From an uncultured Eubacteriales bacterium (lineage in GTDB: Bacteria; Acidobacteriota; Aminicenantia; Aminicenantales; Saccharicenantaceae), in the NCBI GenBank assembly GCA_964523615.1, contig CAZFZU010000001.1, positions 27,063-91,062 of the forward strand: a DNA stretch of 64,000 bases, given 5' to 3'. The position numbers and the translations under genes were made by a program. The notes beneath the pieces are model-generated. The model searched no databases and was not told where the DNA came from. It worked only from the letters and a program-made list of their open reading frames with translations. Position 1 is the first letter of the stretch. Every line of letters begins with the position of its first letter. Positions 34,391 through 42,170 of this stretch are shown here, piece after piece.

Positions 34391-35318
34391 CGCCTTCCGC
34401 CTGGGGGTCGTTGGGGGCCAGCTCCACGAACCTGCGCAGCCCGGCCAAGGCCTTGTCGAAGTCGCCCTTGTTGAGCCAGGCCAGGCCGATCCGGTGGTGG
34501 GGCTTGGGCCAGTCCGGCTTGATCTTGGCGGCCATCTCGAAATAGGCCACGGCCTCGTCGACGCGCTGGTTGGAGAAGAAGATCTCCCCGACGTTGTAGG
34601 CTGCCGCGGCGTCCTCCGGCGAGATGTCCAGGGCCCGGCGGAAGGCCGCCTGGGCGGCCTCGAGGTCGTTCTTCAGCAGGGCCACTTCGCCGAGCCCTGA
34701 GAGGGCCCGCAGCGAGGTCTCCCGGGCCCGGGCCGCGTCGCCGCCGTCGGCCGCGGCCTTTTCGAGCACGCCCCGGAACTCGGCCTCGGCCCGTTCGAGA
34801 TCGCCCTTTTTCATGTGGACCGTGGCGATGTTGAGCCGGACGCCGTAGACGGCCGGATAAGCCGCCGCGAACTCCTCGAAGGCGGCCAGGGCCTCGTCGT
34901 ACCGTTCCTGGCCCATCAGCTCTCCGCCTCTCTCCAGCAGGGAGGCCGCCTTCTCGTCGGCGCCGGAGGCGGCCGCCGAGGCGGCCAACCGCTTCATCGT
35001 CAGCGTGATCGGGGGATTGGTCTTGAGCTGGCTGACCGGCAGCTCCGTATAGGCGCCGACATAGCCTTCCTTGGCCGCGCTGACGCGCCAGGTGCCGGAA
35101 CCCAGCCCGGCCACGGCGAAGTGGCCCTTTTTGTCGGTCCGGCCCTCGAGCGTCGTCGTGCCGGGCACGATCTGGGCGGTCACCGCGACGCCTGGGATGC
35201 CGGCGCCGGTCTCGTCCACGACCTGGCCGGTGATGCGGCCGCGGCCGAGGTTCTCCTGGGCGGCCAGGGCCGCGGCCAGGGCGAGCAGGAGGAGCGAACA
35301 AGCCATCGCGCGTTTCAT
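34350..35318 (-). CDS. Secreted CarboxypepD_reg-like domain plus TPR repeat protein
   Basis: A signal peptide is present. GRITGQVVDETGAGIPGVAVTA...DKKGHFAVAGLGSGTWRV is a carboxypeptidase-regulatory-like fold. It is followed by TPR-like A/Y/F periodicity. Confidence 0.75.
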   Translation of the reverse strand: MKRAMACSLLLLALAAALAAQENLGRGRITGQVVDETGAGIPGVAVTAQIVPGTTTLEGRTDKKGHFAVAGLGSGTWRVSAAKEGYVGAYTELPVSQLKTNPPITLTMKRLAASAAASGADEKAASLLERGGELMGQERYDEALAAFEEFAAAYPAVYGVRLNIATVHMKKGDLERAEAEFRGVLEKAAADGGDAARARETSLRALSGLGEVALLKNDLEAAQAAFRRALDISPEDAAAAYNVGEIFFSNQRVDEAVAYFEMAAKIKPDWPKPHHRIGLAWLNKGDFDKALAGLRRFVELAPNDPQAEGVRATIAAVEKMRK

Positions 35319-35337
35319 CTTCGCCTCCGTTCGCCGG

Positions 35338-37431
35338 TCATTTGCGTTTCTTGAGGCCCTCGACCTTCTCCCGGACGGCCGGCTGGTCCGGGCTGAGCGC
35401 GAGGGACTTGGCGAAGGCCGCCAGGGCCTCGCCGGTCTTGCTCTGGGCCAGGTAACAGTCGCCGAGCAGATTCATGAGCGAGGCGTTGACGCCGTAGTGG
35501 GCCACGGCCTTGTCGACGAGCTCGCCCGCGCGGGCGGGTTGGCCGACCTTCATCAAGGCCTCGGCGGCGAGGACGTAGGTCTCGTACTTGGCCGTCCGGG
35601 CGGGGTCGGCGAAGGGCGCCAGGACGCGGGCCGCCGCGGCCGCGTCGTCGAGGGCCAGATAGATCCGGGCCAGGTTGCCGGCCGTCTCCTCCGAGCCCGG
35701 CTTGCGCTGGAAGGCCCGCTCGAGGAAGACGCGGGCCTCGTCGACGCGCCCGAGGTTATACAGCTGGCCGCCCACGATCTCCCCGTAGGCGGGATCCCCG
35801 GCGTCCGGCAGGACGCGCGACGAGGACCAGGGCCGCGGCACGGCCTCGGCGAAGGTCAGGTCGAACTCCTCGGAGGCCGCGACGACCTCCGTCCCGCCGC
35901 TCGCGACCGAGACCCGGACCTCGTAGTGGGCCGGCGGGAAGTCGGCCAGGGCCGTCTCCTCGAGGGCCACGGGCAGGTCGGGGTACTCGGCCGGCCGGCG
36001 GCGCGTCTCCCGGAACGGCTGGCCGTCCTTGAGGAAGGCGACGCGGACCTCGGCCGCGGCGGCCAGCTCGGGCGAGAGGTTGTTGAGCTGGAAGACCACG
36101 GCCAGGGTGTCGGACTTGGTGAAGATCCGCCCCGGCTGGGCGTAGACCTGGAAAGGCCCGATCCGGAAGGCCTTCATCCGCCGGGCGGCCGGCTCCAGAC
36201 GGAGGACGCGGTAGCCGAGGAGCGGCTGGGCCAGCTCGACGGCCGCGCCGGGCTGGGGGATGCGCAGGGCCCGCTCGACGGAAGTGAACTCCTTGGAGGC
36301 CTCGTTCTTGATCAGGACCGAGAGCTCGTAATCGCCGCCGACGAGCGGGAAGAGGTCCTGGAAGTCGAAGGGCGCCCGCTCGGCCCCGCTCATCTGCTCG
36401 GCCGTGAGCTTCAGGGCCACGGTCTTGTCGAACTGGTGGACGAGGCGGCCGCCGGCGGCCGTGACCCGGCCGTTGACCTGGAGGGTCGTCGAGTACTCGC
36501 CGTTGTAGAGGTTGACCGACAGCCGCCGCGGTTCGACGGCGTAGTGCACGAAATAGAAACCGGACGGGTCGCGGAAGACCTTGACGAGGCTGTCGCTCTC
36601 GAGATAGTTGGCCGTGTACTCGACATCGACGATGTCCTTGTACTGGAGGAACTTCTGGGCGTAGCGGGCCTCCACGGTCCGGGCCGGCGTCGTGGCGATG
36701 CGCTGGAGGAGGATGTCGGAGGACATCGTCGGCCGGCTGGAGACCATGCCGCTCTCGCCGGGGATGAGGGACAGGGACACGGCGGCCAGGCTCGGCTCGA
36801 TCTCCCGCAGCTTGTTGTAAGCCGTAGCGTACTCCGGGCCGCCGAACCAGCCCGTCAGCAGGGCCATGGGCCCGTCGCCGACGGGGCTGTACAGGCGGTA
36901 CTCGCCGCGGCCGTCGGGGCGGAAGAAGACGAGGTTGAAGCCGGCCGGCAGGCCGACGTTCGTCAGGCCCTGGTAGAACCAGACCTCGGCGTCGTAGGTC
37001 GAAGACTTGCCCTCGAACCGCTGGATGTCCTGGGGCTCGCCCAGGATGATGTACATGCGGCCGCGGTCCGTGCGCCGGCCGGGCCGGGGCGCGTCGCGCC
37101 CCAGGTAGCGGTCGGCGTGGGCCAGGCGGCGCTCGTGTTCGGTCTTGAACTCGTTCTCGGGCGTGCCGGGGTTCGGGTCGCGCTGCTTCCAGAAAGCCTC
37201 GATGAACAGGTCGCGCTCCCGGTCCGACTGGAGCTTGAGGAAGACGTCCCGCTCCATGGGAGCGATGATGTATGCGACCTCTTCCTCGAGCCAAGTCCGG
37301 TATTTTTCCGGGAGCTTGGGCTTGGCGGTTTTTTCGCCCGCCTGGCCTCCGGCCGCGGGGCCGGCCAGGAGGGCCGCGAGCAGGAGGAGGGCCGACGCGG
37401 CCAGGAAACGTTTCTTGACGGGGAAGCCCAT
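35338..37431 (-). CDS. GWxTD domain-containing protein with C-terminal TPR repeats
   Basis: 697 aa. The N-terminal block FIEAFWKQRDPNPGTPENEFK...GRRTDRGRMYIILGEP...EVWFY matches the GWxTD domain family as I remember it. That family is common in Acidobacteria. Confidence 0.75.
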   Translation of the reverse strand: MGFPVKKRFLAASALLLLAALLAGPAAGGQAGEKTAKPKLPEKYRTWLEEEVAYIIAPMERDVFLKLQSDRERDLFIEAFWKQRDPNPGTPENEFKTEHERRLAHADRYLGRDAPRPGRRTDRGRMYIILGEPQDIQRFEGKSSTYDAEVWFYQGLTNVGLPAGFNLVFFRPDGRGEYRLYSPVGDGPMALLTGWFGGPEYATAYNKLREIEPSLAAVSLSLIPGESGMVSSRPTMSSDILLQRIATTPARTVEARYAQKFLQYKDIVDVEYTANYLESDSLVKVFRDPSGFYFVHYAVEPRRLSVNLYNGEYSTTLQVNGRVTAAGGRLVHQFDKTVALKLTAEQMSGAERAPFDFQDLFPLVGGDYELSVLIKNEASKEFTSVERALRIPQPGAAVELAQPLLGYRVLRLEPAARRMKAFRIGPFQVYAQPGRIFTKSDTLAVVFQLNNLSPELAAAAEVRVAFLKDGQPFRETRRRPAEYPDLPVALEETALADFPPAHYEVRVSVASGGTEVVAASEEFDLTFAEAVPRPWSSSRVLPDAGDPAYGEIVGGQLYNLGRVDEARVFLERAFQRKPGSEETAGNLARIYLALDDAAAAARVLAPFADPARTAKYETYVLAAEALMKVGQPARAGELVDKAVAHYGVNASLMNLLGDCYLAQSKTGEALAAFAKSLALSPDQPAVREKVEGLKKRK

Positions 37432-37432
37432 G

Positions 37433-38188
37433 TCAGTCCCTCCCCCAGCGGGTCCGCAGGCGGGCCAGCTCTGTCCCCGCGGTCGCGTGGACGACCTGGT
37501 GGAGGAAGACCGGCCCGCCCTCGCTGTCCCCGGCCCGGCGGACGGCCGAGACGACCTCGTCGCCGAGGAAGGCCTCGGCCCGGTAGGAGACCTCGATCTC
37601 CGCCGGGCGCAGGGTCGTGAGGACCTCGGCGGGCGCGGCCTCGAGGGCCCATTGGACGTAGATGGCGTTGTTGACGTGGCGGTTCCAATCGATGTGGCCC
37701 GACTCGACCCGGAAGCGGACCTCGGCGTCGCGGGCCTCGGGCACGGGCAGGGAGTCGAAGGGATCGTCCAGGGCCCGCCGCTCGACGGCGTACGGACCGG
37801 CGATGGCCTCGTCGACCTTGACGGGCTGCTTGCGGTCGAGGGCGATGACCATCCAGGAGCTCGTCGCCGACAGGACCGGCCCTTCGGCGTCGGCCGCCTC
37901 GAAGTCGCGCAGGGCGAAATAACCCCGCTTGGCGGAAGGCCAGGTCGTGACCTCGAGCCGGGCGCCCATCGCCGGGTAGCGGCGGATGGCGATGTGGTAG
38001 CGGGACAGGACCCAGGTCATGTTCCGCCGGACGAGGTCGCGGACGCCCACGCCCAATCGGGCGGCGTGCTCGCCGGCGGCGTCCTGGAGGAAATTGAGGA
38101 GGGTCGCGGCTTTGGCCAGCCCCCGGGCGTCGGTCTCGTAGGAATGGACCGCGTAGTCCTTGGTGAAGATCATCTCGGTTTCGGCCAT
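37433..38188 (-). CDS. Acyl-ACP thioesterase family protein
   Basis: The double hot-dog layout includes YETDARG, NMTWVLSRYHI and DWNRHVNNAIY. The start is taken at MAETEM (38188); an ATG at 38215 is also possible. Confidence 0.8.
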   Translation of the reverse strand: MAETEMIFTKDYAVHSYETDARGLAKAATLLNFLQDAAGEHAARLGVGVRDLVRRNMTWVLSRYHIAIRRYPAMGARLEVTTWPSAKRGYFALRDFEAADAEGPVLSATSSWMVIALDRKQPVKVDEAIAGPYAVERRALDDPFDSLPVPEARDAEVRFRVESGHIDWNRHVNNAIYVQWALEAAPAEVLTTLRPAEIEVSYRAEAFLGDEVVSAVRRAGDSEGGPVFLHQVVHATAGTELARLRTRWGRD

Positions 38189-38271
38189 GACTTCATTATA
38201 AACGATTGAATTCATTCCGCCGGAGAATATATAATATATCGGTCGATGATTTTAATCAAATAGGAGCCGCC

Positions 38272-39324
38272 ATGTCGATTCGTAAAAACTCTGTTATCAG
38301 ACCTTTAGCCGTTCTCTGGCTGGTCGCGGCGACCTCCTTGGCCGCCCTGCCGTTGGCCTCCCAGGACCTCACCTTCCAGGTCCCCCGCTCCCGGGCCGAC
38401 CTCGAGAAGGCCCTGCGGACGGGGGCCGGGACCGTCCACGGCCGGCTCGGCATCCTCGTCAAGCACGTCGAGTCGGGCGAGGCCTTCGGCCTGCGCGAGG
38501 ACGAGCGCTTCCAGCTGGCCTCCGTCTTCAAGATCCCGGTCCTCCTGACACTGCACAAACAGATCGCCCTCGGCCGGATCTCCCTCGACGACCGCGTCAA
38601 CTTCACGGAACGGATGAAGACCTTCGGCAGCGGGCTGATGACCAAGATGAAGCCCGGGCTGAACATCTCCGTCCAGGACCTCCAGCTGCTGATGATGGCC
38701 CGGTCCGACAACACGGCTACCGACATCCTTTTCCACATGGTCACGCCCGAGGCCATCGCGGCCTATATGTCCGAGCTCGGGCTGCGGGCGACGACGGTCG
38801 ACTACGACACGCGACAGCTCATCCTGGCCTTCCTCGGCCTCGATCCCGACAAGCCGCTGACGATCGCCGAGCTGGACGCGCTGCCGGAGTCCGTTTGGGC
38901 CGACCCGGCCCGGTCCGCGGCCGAGAAGGCCTTCGAGACCTCCGTCCATAACACCTCGACGCCGCGGGAGATCGGCCTGCTGCTCGAGAAGTGCGTCCGG
39001 GGCGAGATCGTCGACCGGGCCGAGAGCGACCGCGTCCTGGAGGTCATGAAGAGCCACACCGGGGCCGAGCTCGTCCTCCGCTACCTCCCGTCCTCGACGG
39101 CCGTGGCCCGCAAGGGCGGCAGCCTGTCGCGGGGCGGCGGCGACACGGTCCTGCTCGACGCGGCCGTCATTTGGCTGCCCGAGAAGGCGGGGACGCTGGT
39201 GATGTGCTTCTTCGGGAACGATCTCCGCGAGGTCCACTACGACATCAAGCACAAGATCGGCCTGATGGCCCGGGCCGCCTACGACTACTTCCTGGCCAAG
39301 AACCGCAAGCCCGGGAATATCTGA
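38272..39324 (+). CDS. Class A beta-lactamase-like serine hydrolase, secreted
   Basis: An AGGAG RBS precedes ATG 38272 and a signal peptide is present. ASVFK is the SxxK motif, SDNTA the SDN motif, and RKGGS a variant of KTG. Confidence 0.75.
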   Translation: MSIRKNSVIRPLAVLWLVAATSLAALPLASQDLTFQVPRSRADLEKALRTGAGTVHGRLGILVKHVESGEAFGLREDERFQLASVFKIPVLLTLHKQIALGRISLDDRVNFTERMKTFGSGLMTKMKPGLNISVQDLQLLMMARSDNTATDILFHMVTPEAIAAYMSELGLRATTVDYDTRQLILAFLGLDPDKPLTIAELDALPESVWADPARSAAEKAFETSVHNTSTPREIGLLLEKCVRGEIVDRAESDRVLEVMKSHTGAELVLRYLPSSTAVARKGGSLSRGGGDTVLLDAAVIWLPEKAGTLVMCFFGNDLREVHYDIKHKIGLMARAAYDYFLAKNRKPGNI

Positions 39325-39330
39325 GCCGCC

Positions 39331-40800
39331 TCAGCCCTTCTGGAAGAAGATCTGCTGGATCTTCCCGTCGGGCGTCCGGTACATCAGGACCTTGAGGGCG
39401 CCCGAGGCGAACTCGAGCCGGGTCGTCGAGACCTCCATGCCGCCCCGCTCGCCGATCGACTCGACGACGGCCTTGAGCGGCTCGCCGAAGGCCTTCATGC
39501 GCGCGGCGGCCGCCGGGACGACGCCGTCCTTGAGGAAGAACGAGAACTCCTCGCCGAGGCGCGACCGGTCGACCCGTCCCCGCTGCAGGTCCATGAAGAA
39601 GCCCTGGGCCGCCGCGGCCGCCGGAGGCCCGGCGATGGCCGGGATGCCCGAGGCCGCCGGCGCCGGCGGGACGCGCTTGTCCTTGGCCGCCGCGGCCGGA
39701 GCGGCCGCCGGGGCCGGCTTGGGCAGGACGAGGGCCGTGAGCTCGCCGAAGACGGCGTTGGTGTCGCTGTAGGACGACAGGTTCGAGAACAGGACGGCCG
39801 CCGAGCGGGTCGACGGCACGACGATGTTGAGGGCGTGGAAGCCGTTGACGGCGCCTGTGTGGGAGAGGAAGGCGACGCCGCCCCGGTTGCCCATGGCCAG
39901 GCCGCAGCCGTAATTCGAGAGGGTCCCGTCGTTGAGCCGCCGCGGCGAGGTCATGAGCTCGAAGGACTCGGGCCTGAGGACCTTGCCGTCGACGAGGGCC
40001 AGGTCCCAGGTGACCAGGTCGGACGGGGTGGAGAACATCGCCCCGGCCGCCGCGACCCAGCCCGGGCCCTCGAGCGGCACGATCTCCGGCGCCCCGAGCC
40101 AGAACGACATGTGGCCGCGGGCGCAGCCGGGGCCGAGCGGATCGGGCTCGAAGGCCGTGTGGGCCATGCCGAGGGGCTTCAGGACGCGCCGGTCGAGGAA
40201 GGCCCCGAACGGCTGGCCGGAGACCTTCTCGACGATCCGGCCCAGGATGAGGTAGCCCGTGTTGGAATAGGAGTAGCGGGCGCCGGGCTCGAAATCGAGG
40301 GGCCGGGTGGCGAAGCGGCGGATGACCTCGTCGCTGGGCGTGGCCGCGGCCATGGGCCGGTCGACGAAGTCGAGGGGATAGTAGTCGGCGTAACCCGAGA
40401 CGTGGTTCATCAGGTCGAGCAGGGTGATGTCGGAGGCCCGGGTCAGGGCTGGATACCACTTGGCGACCTTGTCCGTGACGGCCAGCTTGCCGTCCTCGGC
40501 CAGGAGCAGGACGCAGGCGGCGGTGAACTGCTTGGTGATGGAGCCGATGGCGAACATCGTGTCGGGGGCCACAGGCTCGCCCGTGGCCCGGGAGCGGACG
40601 CCGAAGCCCTCGGCCAGCGCGATTGCGCCGTTCTCGACGACGGCCACGGACAGGCCGACGAGGCCGCGGGACTTGAGCATGCCGGCTACGGTCGAGCGGA
40701 CGGCGGCGGGATCGATGTCGGCCGCGGCCGGCGCGGCCAGGACGGCGGCCAGGAACGCGGCCGTCAGGGCCGCGAAAACGCGCGTACGGGTCCTGTTCAT
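39331..40800 (-). CDS. Beta-lactamase (class C / PBP4*-like) family serine hydrolase with extra C-terminal domain, secreted
   Basis: A signal peptide is present. GSITKQF is the SxxK motif and YSYSNTGY the YxN motif. An Ala/Pro linker leads to a ~110-aa C-terminal domain. Confidence 0.8.
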   Translation of the reverse strand: MNRTRTRVFAALTAAFLAAVLAAPAAADIDPAAVRSTVAGMLKSRGLVGLSVAVVENGAIALAEGFGVRSRATGEPVAPDTMFAIGSITKQFTAACVLLLAEDGKLAVTDKVAKWYPALTRASDITLLDLMNHVSGYADYYPLDFVDRPMAAATPSDEVIRRFATRPLDFEPGARYSYSNTGYLILGRIVEKVSGQPFGAFLDRRVLKPLGMAHTAFEPDPLGPGCARGHMSFWLGAPEIVPLEGPGWVAAAGAMFSTPSDLVTWDLALVDGKVLRPESFELMTSPRRLNDGTLSNYGCGLAMGNRGGVAFLSHTGAVNGFHALNIVVPSTRSAAVLFSNLSSYSDTNAVFGELTALVLPKPAPAAAPAAAAKDKRVPPAPAASGIPAIAGPPAAAAAQGFFMDLQRGRVDRSRLGEEFSFFLKDGVVPAAAARMKAFGEPLKAVVESIGERGGMEVSTTRLEFASGALKVLMYRTPDGKIQQIFFQKG

Positions 40801-40831
40801 GATGTCCTCCTGACGCGAGAGCCGGACCGGC

Positions 40832-42088
40832 TCAGACGAGCCGCTCGAGCTCGCCGAGAAGCCGGTCGATCTGGTCGGTCGTGTGCTCCGAGAAGACGGA
40901 GGCGCGCAGCACGCCCCCGGCCGGGGCCCCGACGTACTTCAGCAGGGCCACGGCGATGCCCTTGTCGAAGAGGGCCGCCTGGACCCGCTTCATGTCCTCG
41001 GCCGACTTCAGGGTCCAGGTGACGATGGGCACGGGATTGTCGTTCATCTCGAAGCCGAGCTTCTTCATCCCGCCCTTCATCCGGGCCACGTTGCGGCGCA
41101 GGCGCTCGCGGCGCTGGGGCTCGCGCATGACGATCTCGAGTCCCTTGAGCGACGCGGCCATGGCCGGCGTCGGGCTGGGCGTGGCGCCGGGATAGGCGCC
41201 GCAGACGGCCTTGATGTGGTCGATGAAGGCCTTGGGGGCGGGGATGAAGCCGCCGTGCCCGCCGAAGGCCTTGCTCATCGTCCCGGCGTAGAAGCAGCGG
41301 TCGCTCTTGACGCCGTAATGGTCGTAGGTGCCGCGGCCGTTCGGCCCGAGGTGGCCGACGGCGTGGGAGTCGTCGAGGCACAGGTAGCCGCCGTAGGGCT
41401 CGAGGGCCTTGAGGTACTCCGGCACCGGCGCGATGACGCCGAAGGTCGGGAAGATGCCGTCGCTCATGACGAGCGGCGTGTCGCCGGCCTTGAGCTTGGC
41501 CTTGAGCTGCCGGGCCAGGTCCTCGGGGTCGCGGTGCTTGTAGATGTGGACCGGGAGAAGGGCCGAGTAGACGGCGTCGCGGATGCTGAAGTGGGCCGTC
41601 TCGTCGATGAAGATGGCCGTGGCCTTGGCCTTGAGCGCCTGGACGAGGAAGAGGTTGTCGAGGTACCCGGAGACGAAGTGGATGGAGTCCTCGGCGCCGA
41701 AGAACTCGGCGATCCGCCGCTCGAGCTCGAGCTGGACGGGCGTGTTGCCGAAGCCCGTCCGCGAGGTCGCGCTGTGGCAGCCGTACTTGCGGAAGGCGGC
41801 CGCGCCCGCCTCGACGACCTCGGGGTGGCCGTGGAGGGCGTAGTAGCCCGTGCCGCCGAAGTACAGGCAGCGCCGTCCGTTGATGACGGTCTCGGGCCCG
41901 GGCGCGCTCTCCATGATGAAGCCGCCCGGGGGGAGGCCGCCGTCGCCGAGCGGGAAGGCCTCGGCGTCGGCCGCGAAGAGCCGTTCGAACGGACCGAAGG
42001 ACGAGCCCAGCACGGCCAGGCCGGCCAGGGACCTGGCCAGGAATTCGCGGCGGCCGTTGGGGGTTTGGGAAGCGGTGTTCTCGGTCAT
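40832..42088 (-). CDS. PLP-dependent alpha-oxoamine-synthase / class-II aminotransferase family protein carrying a twin-arginine signal
   Basis: NGRREFLARSLAGLAVLG is Tat-like. CLDDSHAVG and TMSKAFGGHGG (PLP lysine) are typical of the KBL/BioF/SPT family. Confidence 0.75.
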   Translation of the reverse strand: MTENTASQTPNGRREFLARSLAGLAVLGSSFGPFERLFAADAEAFPLGDGGLPPGGFIMESAPGPETVINGRRCLYFGGTGYYALHGHPEVVEAGAAAFRKYGCHSATSRTGFGNTPVQLELERRIAEFFGAEDSIHFVSGYLDNLFLVQALKAKATAIFIDETAHFSIRDAVYSALLPVHIYKHRDPEDLARQLKAKLKAGDTPLVMSDGIFPTFGVIAPVPEYLKALEPYGGYLCLDDSHAVGHLGPNGRGTYDHYGVKSDRCFYAGTMSKAFGGHGGFIPAPKAFIDHIKAVCGAYPGATPSPTPAMAASLKGLEIVMREPQRRERLRRNVARMKGGMKKLGFEMNDNPVPIVTWTLKSAEDMKRVQAALFDKGIAVALLKYVGAPAGGVLRASVFSEHTTDQIDRLLGELERLV

Positions 42089-42170
42089 GGAGTGGACCTC
42101 CTCTCCGGGATCGGACCGGGCCGGCGCCCCCGGAGGGGCGCCGGCCCGCCTGCAGCAAGGACCGAAGGGT

